From Patiriisocius marinus (GTDB lineage: Bacteria; Bacteroidota; Bacteroidia; Flavobacteriales; Flavobacteriaceae), in assembly GCF_008974325.1 (NCBI RefSeq), contig NZ_BKCG01000007.1:1-64000 (forward strand): a stretch of DNA of 64,000 bases. Direction: 5' to 3'. A program made the position numbers and the translations under genes. Positions 9,062-20,412 of this stretch are shown one piece after another. Position 1 is the stretch's first letter; every line of letters begins with the position of its first letter. The notes under the pieces were generated by a model, which saw nothing but the letters and a program-made list of their open reading frames with translations, had not been told where the DNA came from and ran no database searches.

Positions 9062-9715
9062 ATGGACAATAATCATATAATTATTGCACATAGTAATAGG
9101 CAATTCCTAGAAGGAATTGTCTCTGAAGTGCTGAGAAGAGAGTACAAAATCGCAAAGCAATTTACCAGTGGAGTCAAAGCCCTGAGGTATATTTTAAGAG
9201 AGCAACCTGAAATCGCAATTATTCAATCTCAATTTAGTGATATATCTGTCTTCGAGATTATCAACGAAGCTAGAGCAAAAGAGATTGATATTCGATTTGT
9301 AATAATTTTTCCTAAAACAGAATACAAACAATTTTTAATTGCCAGTAAGATGAATATTGCTGGTTGTATCTATGCTGGTGAGGTTTTAGAGGATCTTTTA
9401 GACTGCTTAAATACGGTGTTACAGGGCGAAATCTTTGTGAGTAAAGGCATTAAATCTACCAATCCTAAAGATGAATCGCTAAAGCTTATTTCTTCTTTGT
9501 CTGCTACAGAGATAAAGGTTTTAACACTTGTATCAATCTATCAGAAATCTTCAAAAATTTCTAATAAATTAGATATTTCAATTAGAACAATTGAAAAGCA
9601 TAGGAGTAATATCATCAAGAAATTAAAAATTAATTCTAAAGTTAAAACATTGCCTAATTGGGCTGAAGAACATAGAGAATTAATACAGTCATTCGCCTTA
9701 CAAAGTTTGGCATGA
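9062..9715 (+). CDS. LuxR/GerE-family transcriptional regulator with an N-terminal receiver-like domain that lacks the usual acidic pocket and phospho-Asp (atypical or pseudo-receiver).
   Basis: C-terminal HTH SATEIKVLTLVSIYQKSSKISNKLDISIRTIEKHRSNIIKKL. N-terminus MDNNHIIIAHSNRQ...IIQSQFSDISVFEI has receiver-like spacing but no DD pair and no D54 equivalent. Preceded by a 390-bp very AT-rich intergenic region. Confidence 0.6.
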   Translation: MDNNHIIIAHSNRQFLEGIVSEVLRREYKIAKQFTSGVKALRYILREQPEIAIIQSQFSDISVFEIINEARAKEIDIRFVIIFPKTEYKQFLIASKMNIAGCIYAGEVLEDLLDCLNTVLQGEIFVSKGIKSTNPKDESLKLISSLSATEIKVLTLVSIYQKSSKISNKLDISIRTIEKHRSNIIKKLKINSKVKTLPNWAEEHRELIQSFALQSLA

Positions 9716-9803
9716 AAACAGATGGAGTTTTAAGAAAAGTGCTTTTATACTGTGCAATCGTAGTAAGCGGTTTGCTAGTGATTTCTTATTTAGTAAAAGT
9801 AAT

Positions 9804-10772
9804 TTAAGCTAATTTATTTTTGTTGTATAGGGGTAATGTTATTAATGATATTACTCCTATAACAACAATTGAAGTGATGTTTGATATCCAAACTATCCAC
9901 CCAAAAGCTGTACCTACTGTAAACGGGACCGCAAATAACACCAGTATGCCAGCTATGGCAGCAGGATATGTTCCAAAACCACTATTTGTAAAGGCAAAGG
10001 TGAAACTACCAACAACGAATGCTATAATAATAGTGCTTAAAGGGATGCTAGAGGTTTCAATTAAAGCATGTGTTGCAGTGTAAAATGATGCAACATATAA
10101 ACCCCAAATAAAAAGAGAATGAAGTATAAAAGCTTTCTTTTTTTTCATTTTAACAATGCTTAATACTCCATCTTTTAAGCCATCAATAAAATTTTTGATT
10201 TTAGCAGGAATTGTAAATGTTTTAAATTTCAGAAGAAATATTAGCGCAATAGAAAAAACAATAAAACCAATTCCAGCTGCATACATGAGCTTTTTTGGAA
10301 TGCTGGATGCTATGTATTCGTAAAGCACGTCAAACTTAAGGAAGAGTGCGGTGAACGTAAAAATCATTAAAAAAATAAGATCTACAATTCGTTCACTTAT
10401 AATTGAGCCAAATCCTTTTTCAAAAGGAATTTTTTCATACTTATCCATTATTAAGCCTCTAGATACCTCTCCGCTTTTTGGTATAAATATGTTCATTAGG
10501 TAGGCAATTGAAATTGCCATAAAATTATTAGCCAATTTAGGTTTATAACCTAAAGGCTGTAGCATAAAATTCCAGCGGTAAGCTCTTAAAAAATGGCTTA
10601 AAACACTTAATAGCACAGATAAAACAACAATGCCATAATTAGCATTACTAAAATATGCCTTAAGTTCAACAAATTGTTCAGGAGTGAATTTATTATATGT
10701 AAACCAAATGAGGAAAATTCCAAAACCTAACGGAATTCCTATTTGGAGAAACTTAGATATAATTTTATTCAA
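9804..10772 (-). CDS. Polytopic membrane protein of the UPF0104 / lysylphosphatidylglycerol-synthase-TM-like (flippase-like) family
   Basis: About 8 TM helices; the N-terminal block LRAYRWNFMLQPLGYKPKLANNFMAISIAYLMN..PKSGEVSRG is typical of this family. Confidence 0.5.
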   Translation of the reverse strand: MNKIISKFLQIGIPLGFGIFLIWFTYNKFTPEQFVELKAYFSNANYGIVVLSVLLSVLSHFLRAYRWNFMLQPLGYKPKLANNFMAISIAYLMNIFIPKSGEVSRGLIMDKYEKIPFEKGFGSIISERIVDLIFLMIFTFTALFLKFDVLYEYIASSIPKKLMYAAGIGFIVFSIALIFLLKFKTFTIPAKIKNFIDGLKDGVLSIVKMKKKKAFILHSLFIWGLYVASFYTATHALIETSSIPLSTIIIAFVVGSFTFAFTNSGFGTYPAAIAGILVLFAVPFTVGTAFGWIVWISNITSIVVIGVISLITLPLYNKNKLA

Positions 10773-10773
10773 A

Positions 10774-11121
10774 CTAAACGAGTAAGTTGTCTGTGTTAGG
10801 AAATACTAAAGAAGGCTTAAAGTTTTTTGCATCTTCTCTAGTCATTAAACCATAGGTGATAAGTATTAAAATATCTCCAGGAGCTACTTTTCTAGCAGCT
10901 GCACCATTAAGAGTTATTTCTCCACTTCCGCGTGGTCCAGGAATAGCATAAGTTTCTAATCGTTCGCCATTGTTGTTATTAACAATTTGAACTTTTTCAC
11001 CTTCAACAATATTTGCTGCGTCAAGCAAATCTTCATCAATTGTGATACTTCCTATATAGTTTAGATCAGCACCAGTAACTTTTACTCTGTGGATCTTTGA
11101 TTTTACAACGTGTATTAACAT
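10774..11121 (-). CDS. panD: Aspartate 1-decarboxylase
   Basis: [38 protein letters not shown]...; family size ~115 aa; lies adjacent to panC. Confidence 0.9.
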   Translation of the reverse strand: MLIHVVKSKIHRVKVTGADLNYIGSITIDEDLLDAANIVEGEKVQIVNNNNGERLETYAIPGPRGSGEITLNGAAARKVAPGDILILITYGLMTREDAKNFKPSLVFPNTDNLLV

Positions 11122-11190
11122 AGTGCAAAGATACTTATTATTAGGAAAACAATTATAAAATGATATTTATCAAATTAATAAATACTTAAA

Positions 11191-12033
11191 TTAATTTATT
11201 CTCATATTATCTATAAGTCTAACTTCGCCACAAAACGCCGCTACAAAAGCTCTATATTTAGTCGATTTGTGTTTTCTTAATGCTGTTTTTAAAGTGCGCT
11301 CGTTCGCAATTTCAAAATACTCTAATTTTAAATTACTTTCCTTAAATTTTTTTTCAGCTAACTTTGTTAGTGCTGGGAGTGATAGTGAATTAAATTTTGA
11401 AGCCACTTCTTTTAATGTAGCGCTAATTAATATTGCCTCTTCAAATTCTGTAGTAGAAAGTCTTTTGTTTCTAGAGCTCATTGCTACTCCATTAGGTTCG
11501 CGTACAATTTCACAACCTACAATAGTTGTTGAAATATTTTCAATCTCAACAAGTTTTTTTACAATTTGTAACTGTTGAAAATCTTTCTGCCCAAAATATG
11601 CTTTATGTGGCGCTACTATTTTTAATAATCTAGACACAACTGTCCCCACACCATCAAAGTGACCTTTTCTGTGTTTTCCTTCCATTTCATTTGCAATTGC
11701 TCCAAAATTGAAGGTGCGAGATTTTATATTGCCTTCGTAAAAGGCTAAAGCATCTGGAGCATACACAATTATATTTCCTTGCAACGTTTCTAAAAGTGTG
11801 ACGTCTTTATCCAGTGTGCGAGGGTATTTTTTTAGATCTCCTTCATTGTCAAACTGAGTTGGATTTACAAAAATGCTTACAACCACACAGTCATTGTCTT
11901 GTAGGGCTTGGCTTACAAGAGACAGATGCCCTTGGTGTAATGCTCCCATAGTAGGGACAAACCCAATGGTTTTTGTGCTTCTGAAAGCGCTAAGAGCCTG
12001 TGATAATTTTTCATTGGTGGTATAAACGTTCAT
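11191..12033 (-). CDS. panC: Pantoate--beta-alanine ligase
   Basis: GFVPTMGALHQGHLSLV HIGH-type motif; 280 aa. Confidence 0.9.
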   Translation of the reverse strand: MNVYTTNEKLSQALSAFRSTKTIGFVPTMGALHQGHLSLVSQALQDNDCVVVSIFVNPTQFDNEGDLKKYPRTLDKDVTLLETLQGNIIVYAPDALAFYEGNIKSRTFNFGAIANEMEGKHRKGHFDGVGTVVSRLLKIVAPHKAYFGQKDFQQLQIVKKLVEIENISTTIVGCEIVREPNGVAMSSRNKRLSTTEFEEAILISATLKEVASKFNSLSLPALTKLAEKKFKESNLKLEYFEIANERTLKTALRKHKSTKYRAFVAAFCGEVRLIDNMRIN

Positions 12034-12137
12034 AATGGTATTGTAATTGATAGCTAAATTAACTTATAGTAAGCAATCTGCATAAATTTTCGTAATTTTG
12101 CAACTTTTAATAACCTAGCTAATAAAGCACTAAATTT

Positions 12138-12962
12138 ATGAAAGATAAAAGAATCTTGTATGTGTCATCTGAAGTAATTCCTTACCTGCCAGAGACCGAG
12201 ATTTCTTCCATGTCGTTTGAGGCACCTAGAATGGTTAATAACAACAATGGGCAGATTAGAATATTTATGCCTCGTTATGGTAACATTAATGAGCGCCGTC
12301 ATCAATTACATGAAGTAATTCGCCTTTCGGGGATGAATTTAGTGATTAATGATTTAGACATGCCTTTAATTATTAAAGTAGCTTCTATACCTAAAGAGCG
12401 TATGCAAGTTTACTTTATTGATAATGAAGATTATTTTAAACGTAAGGCAACTTATGCTGATGAGGATGGAAACTATTTTTCAGATAATGATGAAAGAGCT
12501 ATTTTCTTTGCAAAAGGAGTTATTGAAACAGTGAAAAAATTAAATTGGTCGCCTGATATTATCCATGTTCACGGATGGTTGGCTTCTTTTTTACCATTGT
12601 ATCTACGTAATTACTACGGAAATGAGCCGTTGTTTGAAAATAGTAAGATTGTTACTTCTGTTTATAACCAAGGTTTTACAGGTACTTTAAATGAAGAAGT
12701 AGGAGACAAAATTAGGTTTGATGCTATTGATGATGAAGCTATTGCTCATTTAGATACGCCTACATTTGAAAATGTGATGAAAATTGCAATTGATAATTCA
12801 GATGCGTTGATTATGGGTTCTGAAGATATTTCAGAAGAACTAGTTTCTTACATTGGAGGAATAGATAAGCCTGTTTTGCCATTTCAGCACAAAGAAGACG
12901 TAGAAAGAGAATATATTGAATTTTACAAGTCTAAAGTTTTATCCGAAGAAAGCGAAGAATAA
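12138..12962 (+). CDS. Glycogen/starch-synthase N-terminal-domain-only protein: a GT5-like N-terminal half with no C-terminal GT1 domain.
   Basis: KRILYVSSEVIPYLPETEIS ... DIIHVHGWLASFLPLY parallels the GlgA N-terminus (MQVLHVCSEMFPL...DVVHAHDWHAGLAP); 274 aa only. Confidence 0.5.
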   Translation: MKDKRILYVSSEVIPYLPETEISSMSFEAPRMVNNNNGQIRIFMPRYGNINERRHQLHEVIRLSGMNLVINDLDMPLIIKVASIPKERMQVYFIDNEDYFKRKATYADEDGNYFSDNDERAIFFAKGVIETVKKLNWSPDIIHVHGWLASFLPLYLRNYYGNEPLFENSKIVTSVYNQGFTGTLNEEVGDKIRFDAIDDEAIAHLDTPTFENVMKIAIDNSDALIMGSEDISEELVSYIGGIDKPVLPFQHKEDVEREYIEFYKSKVLSEESEE

Positions 12963-13025
12963 CCGCCATTTTATTTGGCGTTAAGGATTTTGCCGGAATA
13001 AAATTTCGGCTTCCTTTAAAAAAAA

Positions 13026-14612
13026 ATGAAGATGAAAATAAAAAATGCGTTGCCAAAACTTATGGCAATTTTTAGTGCCATAGTTCTTATGGCATCTTGT
13101 GAAGAAGATTTAGGTACTATTGGTTCTCAAATTATTGGAGATCAAAATGTGGATGCTATTTTAGATGATACTAAAACGGTACTGTCTTACAGTCGTAAAC
13201 TTGTTCCAACACAGTCTAATGAGCTTCCTATTTATCAATTAGGAAGCTATACAGATCCTGCTTATGGTAGATCTACAGTAAATTTATTAAGTCAATTAAC
13301 GCTTAATAATACCAATCCTAACTTCAATTTCTACCCAGAACTTGATAGTGTTGTGTTATATATTCCTTATTTTAGTGAGCTTACTACTGATGATGAAGGA
13401 GTTGGTACTTATGAGTTAGACTCAGTATATGGGAATAGCCCAATAAATATTGAAATTTTCGAATCTGGATATTTTCTAAGAGATTTTGATCCAAGTTCGG
13501 GGTTTGAAGAAACTCAAAAATACTATACTAATCAGGGTCCACTTTTTAATTCATTTCAAGGTGAGTTGATTCATACAATTACGAATTTTGTTCCTTCAAG
13601 TGACGCAATTGAAACAGTTGAGTTTCCAGATGAAGATGACGATGGTGGTGAAACTGAGCCCGTAGTTACGGAATTACCTCCAGGATTAAGAGACACATTG
13701 CCAACAGCCTATTGGGAAGAAAAGATTTTTAGTAGAGAAGATACTCCAGATTTATTAAATAATAATAATTTTAGAGAGTATTTAAGAGGATTATATTTTA
13801 AAGTAAATGGTAGTGGAGATAATTTAATAAAGTTTGATCTTTCTGATGCGAGAATAGATATACATTATACTTTTCAAACTGATTCAAATATTCCTAGCGA
13901 CGATATACCTCGTACGGCAACTGTTTTGACTTTAGGTTTTGATGCGATAAATGTAAATGTATTTGATAATGATCTTACACCTTCAATAGCTGCAGATTTA
14001 GAAAATCCTGATGTGGTGAATGGTGAAGAGCATTTGTATGTTCATGGTGGAGATGGGGTTATTACATTGTTAGAACTTTTTGGAGATGATGCTGATGGAA
14101 ATGGTGTTGCAGATGAGTTAGATCAAATGAGACAAGACGAGTGGCTAATTAATGAAGCTAACTTAATTTTCTATGTAGATAAAGGTCAAGTTTCAGGTGG
14201 TTCTCAAGAGCCAGAAAGAATAGTTATTTATGATATTGAAAATGGAACTGCTTTAATAGATTATACAGAGGATACAACTTCTGGAGATGAAGCTATTGAT
14301 GCTTATACAACTCACTTAGGTCGTTTACAAAGAGATAGTGACGGTAAAGGTGATTTTTATAAAATTAGAATTACAAATTATTTAAGCGATCTTATTCATA
14401 AGGATTCTACAAATGTGGCTTTAGGTCTTGTAGTTTCTCAGAATGTAGGAGCTGGAGGTTATCAAGATTTAGAAACAACACAAGCACCTGGAGTAGAACA
14501 GGTGCCTTCTAGTAGTGTAGTTGCCCACGAGGGTACTGTATTGTTTGGGAATAACTCAACAAATACAGAACGAAAATTGAAACTTCAAATTTATTATACA
14601 GAACCAAACTAA
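13026..14612 (+). CDS. Acidic lipoprotein, likely DUF4270 family; in Flavobacteriia a conserved partner of the truncated glycogen-synthase-like gene, upstream of glmS.
   Basis: Lipoprotein signal LMAIFSAIVLMASC. Family assignment is from memory of the conserved neighbourhood, not from a search. Confidence 0.35.
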   Translation: MKMKIKNALPKLMAIFSAIVLMASCEEDLGTIGSQIIGDQNVDAILDDTKTVLSYSRKLVPTQSNELPIYQLGSYTDPAYGRSTVNLLSQLTLNNTNPNFNFYPELDSVVLYIPYFSELTTDDEGVGTYELDSVYGNSPINIEIFESGYFLRDFDPSSGFEETQKYYTNQGPLFNSFQGELIHTITNFVPSSDAIETVEFPDEDDDGGETEPVVTELPPGLRDTLPTAYWEEKIFSREDTPDLLNNNNFREYLRGLYFKVNGSGDNLIKFDLSDARIDIHYTFQTDSNIPSDDIPRTATVLTLGFDAINVNVFDNDLTPSIAADLENPDVVNGEEHLYVHGGDGVITLLELFGDDADGNGVADELDQMRQDEWLINEANLIFYVDKGQVSGGSQEPERIVIYDIENGTALIDYTEDTTSGDEAIDAYTTHLGRLQRDSDGKGDFYKIRITNYLSDLIHKDSTNVALGLVVSQNVGAGGYQDLETTQAPGVEQVPSSSVVAHEGTVLFGNNSTNTERKLKLQIYYTEPN

Positions 14613-14621
14613 AATAAAAGT

Positions 14622-16469
14622 ATGTGTGGAATTGTTGGTTATATAGGTCATAGAGAAGCTTATCCTATTGTTATAAATGGATTAAGAAGATTAGAGTATA
14701 GAGGTTATGATAGTGCTGGAATTGCACTTTATGACGGAAAAAATATTCAGTTAAGCAAAACCAAAGGTAAAGTAGCAGATTTAGAGAAGCGTGCTGATTC
14801 TGAAATTTCTAAAAAAGGATCATTAGGAATAGGTCATACAAGATGGGCAACTCACGGTGTGCCTAATGATGTAAATTCACATCCTCACTATTCAAATAGT
14901 GGTAATTTAGTGATAATCCATAATGGGATTATTGAGAATTACTCTTCAATTAAAACAGAACTAATTAATAGAGGTTATACTTTTAAGTCTGATACTGATA
15001 CTGAAGTTCTTGTGAATCTTATTGAAGAAGTAAAGAAAAAACAAGATGTAAAACTTGGTAAGGCAGTTCAAATTGCTTTAAATGAAGTAGTAGGAGCTTA
15101 TGCTATTGCTGTGTTTGATAAAAATAAACCAGACGAAATTGTAGTTGCAAAATTGGGTAGCCCACTTGCAATAGGTGTTGGTGATGATGAGTTTTTTATC
15201 GCTAGTGATGCTTCACCTTTTATCGAGTTTACAAACAATGCTATTTATCTTGAAGATGAAGAAATGGCAATTATTCGTCGTGGTCGTGACATTAAAATTA
15301 GACAAATTAAAAGTGATAAGTTAGTAAAACCTTTTGTACAAGAGCTTAAGTTGAATATTGAGCAAATCGAAAAAGGTGGGTATGACCACTTCATGTTAAA
15401 AGAAATTTACGAACAGCCTTCTGTGATTAAAGACACATATAGAGGTCGTTTGTTAGCAGATAAAGGTATTATTAAACTTGGAGGTTTAGAAGAATATATT
15501 CCTAAGTTTATTAATGCAGATAGAATTATTATTGTTGCTTGTGGTACTTCATGGCACGCAGGACTTGTTGCTGAATATATTTTTGAAGACTTAGCGAGAA
15601 TTCCAGTTGAGGTTGAGTATGCAAGTGAGTTTAGATATCGTAACCCTATTATTACTGAAAATGATGTAGTTATTGCTATTTCTCAAAGTGGTGAAACTGC
15701 TGATACGCTTGCAGCTATTAAATTGGCCAAAGAAAAAGGAGCATTCGTTTATGGTATTTGTAACGTTGTAGGTTCAACAATTTCAAGAGAAACACATAGT
15801 GGAACATACACACACGCAGGACCAGAAATAGGTGTTGCATCTACTAAAGCATTTACAACACAAATTACTGTGTTGACAATGATTGCTTTGAAATTGGCGC
15901 AAGTAAAAGGTACTATTTCTAAGTCAGATTATATGATGCACCTTCGTGAACTAGATATGATTCCTACTCACGTTGCGGCAGCATTGAAAAGCAATGACAA
16001 GATAGAAGAAATTGCAGCAGTATTTAAAAATGCTACAAATTTCTTGTATTTAGGTAGAGGGTATAATTTCCCAGTCGCACTTGAAGGAGCGTTGAAATTA
16101 AAAGAGATATCATATATCCATGCTGAAGGATATCCAGCTGCCGAAATGAAACACGGTCCTATTGCTTTAATTGATGAGCATATGCCAGTTGTAGTTATTG
16201 CTATTAATAGTAATCATTATGGTAAAGTTGTAAGTAATATTGAAGAGATTAAAGCAAGAAAAGGAAAAATTATAGCGGTGGTTACAGAAGGTGATACAGT
16301 TGTAAGAGAACTTGCAGATTATGTTATGGAAGTTCCTAAAACTCCTGAGTCATTAACTCCTTTAGTTACTACAATTCCATTGCAATTACTATCTTATCAT
16401 ATAGCGGTAATGCTTAATAAAAACGTAGATCAACCACGTAACTTAGCTAAATCTGTTACGGTAGAATAA
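14622..16469 (+). CDS. glmS: Glutamine--fructose-6-phosphate aminotransferase
   Basis: N-terminal MCGIVGY Ntn-amidotransferase, two SIS domains, 615 aa. Confidence 0.95.
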   Translation: MCGIVGYIGHREAYPIVINGLRRLEYRGYDSAGIALYDGKNIQLSKTKGKVADLEKRADSEISKKGSLGIGHTRWATHGVPNDVNSHPHYSNSGNLVIIHNGIIENYSSIKTELINRGYTFKSDTDTEVLVNLIEEVKKKQDVKLGKAVQIALNEVVGAYAIAVFDKNKPDEIVVAKLGSPLAIGVGDDEFFIASDASPFIEFTNNAIYLEDEEMAIIRRGRDIKIRQIKSDKLVKPFVQELKLNIEQIEKGGYDHFMLKEIYEQPSVIKDTYRGRLLADKGIIKLGGLEEYIPKFINADRIIIVACGTSWHAGLVAEYIFEDLARIPVEVEYASEFRYRNPIITENDVVIAISQSGETADTLAAIKLAKEKGAFVYGICNVVGSTISRETHSGTYTHAGPEIGVASTKAFTTQITVLTMIALKLAQVKGTISKSDYMMHLRELDMIPTHVAAALKSNDKIEEIAAVFKNATNFLYLGRGYNFPVALEGALKLKEISYIHAEGYPAAEMKHGPIALIDEHMPVVVIAINSNHYGKVVSNIEEIKARKGKIIAVVTEGDTVVRELADYVMEVPKTPESLTPLVTTIPLQLLSYHIAVMLNKNVDQPRNLAKSVTVE

Positions 16470-16596
16470 GATTTATAATTATTATATTATTATCAGCTCT
16501 TTCCTTTAATGGAGGGGGCTGATTTTGTTTTGTCTTATTTGCGACAACTATTCTATGTATCCATAAAAATTTCAAATTACTTATTAAATATATAAT

Positions 16597-17118
16597 ATGT
16601 CTTTTTATCAAAAACTCTCTGAAGTAGGCTCTAAGTTCATGAGTCAAGCAACATTGTTTAAATATGGTTTTAATCTTTCGCCTATGTATCGTCGCAGTAC
16701 AGCTCGTATTACAGAAGTTACTGATGATTTAATGCATATTAAGATAAGGCTACCTATCAATTACAAAAACAGGAACTATGTGGGATCAATATTTGGGGGG
16801 AGTATGTTTAGTGCGGTAGACCCTATACCAATGATACAAGTGTTGAATATTCTTGGCAATGATTATGTTGTTTGGGACAAGGCTGCTGAGATTAAATTTA
16901 AACGTCCAGGAAGAGAAAATCTTTATGCCAATTTTAACTGCACACCTTCGGAAATATTAAACATTAAAAACCGTGTCGAAAATGAACAAGAAATCGAAAT
17001 CCAAAAACTTACACAGCTAACAAATAAGAATGGAGATGTTGTTTTTTGTGAAGTTTCAAAGACAATTTATATAGCAGATAAGGAATTTTATAAAACTAAA
17101 CGAAGAACGAAAAAATAA
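16597..17118 (+). CDS. Hotdog-fold thioesterase-like protein (DUF4442-like)
   Basis: ITEVTDDLMHIKIRLPINYKNRNYVGSIFGGSMFSAVDPIPM pattern. The family call is from memory. Confidence 0.4.
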   Translation: MSFYQKLSEVGSKFMSQATLFKYGFNLSPMYRRSTARITEVTDDLMHIKIRLPINYKNRNYVGSIFGGSMFSAVDPIPMIQVLNILGNDYVVWDKAAEIKFKRPGRENLYANFNCTPSEILNIKNRVENEQEIEIQKLTQLTNKNGDVVFCEVSKTIYIADKEFYKTKRRTKK

Positions 17119-17261
17119 TCGTTACTTATAATTAGAGAGTAATAATATAATTATGAGCAGTTTCAATCAATTGCAGCTCTTTTTCAGTCTTTAAAATTTC
17201 GGAAGAAAAAAATCATTTAAAAAAGACGTTTTTTGAGTTGTCATATTTCCGAAGAAAAAAC

Positions 17262-17269
17262 TATCTTTG
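17262..17269 (+). promoter_or_regulatory. Bacteroidetes sigma-A -7 box TATCTTTG (consensus TAnnTTTG) with a -33 TTG ~21 nt upstream; candidate atpDC promoter.
   Basis: AAACTATCTTTGC lies 56 nt upstream of the atpD ATG. The same 13-mer AAACTATCTTTGC occurs upstream of the TPP riboswitch (48366-48373). Confidence 0.4.
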
Positions 17270-17309
17270 CAGCGTTAAAAAAGAGGGTGCTTCATGTACC
17301 CGTAGATAA

Positions 17310-18836
<1,527 letters not shown>

Positions 18837-18887
18837 AATATAGTAATCAGTAGTGCGTATTGAGTTTTACTCACTACACATTACTAA

Positions 18888-19184
18888 TTGCTCAATACTA
18901 TAAAAAATATGTATTTAGAAATAGTAACTCCAGAAGCATCCATAGTAAGCGGTGAGGTAGAAAGTGTAACGGTTCCAGGAATGGACGGATCATTTCAATT
19001 ATTGAATAATCACGCAGCTATCGTATCTTTATTAATGGAAGGAATGGTTAAGTTTAAAGGTAACCCAACTATTGCAGCTGGTTTCGAAAATAAATTTACT
19101 CAACAAGATGGTGAATGGTTAATGAAAATTAGCGGTGGTACTATCGAAATGAATAACAATAAAGTAATTGTATTAGCTGACTAA
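18888..19184 (+). CDS. atpC: F0F1 ATP synthase subunit epsilon (the true start is probably the internal Met at 18909).
   Basis: YLEIVTPE...VPGMDGSFQLLNNHAAIVSLL; immediately downstream of atpD. Confidence 0.8.
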   Translation: MLNTIKNMYLEIVTPEASIVSGEVESVTVPGMDGSFQLLNNHAAIVSLLMEGMVKFKGNPTIAAGFENKFTQQDGEWLMKISGGTIEMNNNKVIVLAD

Positions 19185-19208
19185 TTTTTCTAATCATTAC
19201 AAAATTCC

Positions 19209-19248
19209 TAAGCCCAAAATCTATTTATTAGATTTTGGGCTTTTTATA
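19209..19248 (+). terminator. Rho-independent terminator of the atpDC operon (agcccaaaatc...gattttgggct followed by TTTTT).
   Basis: 11-bp perfect stem followed by a T-run, 25 nt after the atpC stop. Confidence 0.55.
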
Positions 19249-19317
19249 TTTGTGTAGTACATCATAGACATTTTATTTATACCTGCTTTGTGGATTTAAA
19301 AAATAGTTACATTTCTA

Positions 19318-19810
19318 ATGAAAAAGGTCTCTGTGGCACATAATACTTGCTGCATTTTTTTTTACTGCTAGCTTTTTTATTTTATATCTAGTATGTTTTG
19401 ATAATAGCATTGTTAGTCATAGAAGAGAATACGGTGGTCTGGCATATATAATAACATTTGGTCTTATATTAGGGATTCGATACCCTCAAGTTATAGATTA
19501 TCAATTTGATTTTGAAAAGAAGACCTATAAGAAAATCTATACATTTGGATTCATAAAATTTCCAAAGGAGTTTCCCTTCGAGGACTTAAAATATATTGCA
19601 GTTTTTGGTAAAAATGATTTAATTTATGAAATCAATTTATGGCACGGTAAAAATAAACAGTTTACAATTTCATATTATGAAGAGCTACCTATTGCCTTGA
19701 CAAATGCACGACATATTGCCGAAAAACTTCACTTGGATATTTCGGATGCATCAAATCCAAATAGTGCAGATTGGTTGATCAAGGAAAATCTAATAGAATT
19801 AGATAGATAA
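19318..19810 (+). CDS. Small two-TM membrane protein (paralog A of the next gene). Its ATG at 19318 is one base out of frame with the 163-codon ORF that follows; the break falls in an A5 (19321-19325) or T9 (19355-19363) homopolymer.
   Basis: Frame 2 is open from 19322 to TAA 19808-19810 and contains no ATG. Removing one A from the A5 run gives MKRSLWHIILAAFFFTASFFILYLVCFDNS... The C-terminal half aligns with the next gene (FDFEKKTYKKIYTFGFIKFPKEFPFEDLKYIAVF vs FHFKKHRFREEVQLGFLKFGFWEPLPDLKYVSVY; NPNSADWL vs NPGNGDWL). Confidence 0.4.
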
Positions 19811-19853
19811 TTTATAATTCAGAAATATTAATATTCAATTAGTTTTAATTAAA

Positions 19854-20360
19854 ATGTCCTTATTAGTAGACGATAGATATGTTGTGATTTCTCAAGGTCC
19901 GGTGCCTTTGTTTAGGAGGATTATTGCTGCAGTATTATTAACAGGTTTTGTATTTTGTGTATATGCAATGGTGCGTGAATATTTAGAGGAAGGATGGATT
20001 AACGCCTTGTATTTTTATGGATCATTCTTTTTATTAATGTACGGATTTCAAGCAGCCCGATCCCGCAACTTTGTATTTCATTTTAAAAAACATCGTTTTA
20101 GAGAAGAGGTTCAATTGGGTTTTTTGAAATTTGGTTTTTGGGAACCATTGCCAGATTTGAAATATGTTTCAGTTTATAAAGTAGCACCAAAAATATATAT
20201 CATAAAGATATTTATAACTGTTAATGATGGTTATGAAATAGTAGGTTTTAAAAATGCTGATGATGGCATACTTGCTGCTAAAGCAATTGCTAAAAAATTA
20301 TCTATAGATTGCTGGAATGCTACCAATCCTGGTAATGGCGACTGGCTTGAAATTGATTAA
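19854..20360 (+). CDS. Small two-TM membrane protein, paralog B of the tandem pair
   Basis: 168 aa, two hydrophobic helices followed by an ~100-aa soluble domain homologous to the upstream gene. Confidence 0.5.
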   Translation: MSLLVDDRYVVISQGPVPLFRRIIAAVLLTGFVFCVYAMVREYLEEGWINALYFYGSFFLLMYGFQAARSRNFVFHFKKHRFREEVQLGFLKFGFWEPLPDLKYVSVYKVAPKIYIIKIFITVNDGYEIVGFKNADDGILAAKAIAKKLSIDCWNATNPGNGDWLEID

Positions 20361-20412
20361 AATCTTATGATTAAATTAGAAAATAGTAATAATGTTTTTA
20401 TTGAAGTTTGAA

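Noticed and set aside
16470-16520. Possible glmS terminator hairpin (tcagctctttcc...ggagggggctga)
   Set aside because: Only the outer 5 bp pair well and the inner stem is mismatched. It is too weak to call confidently.
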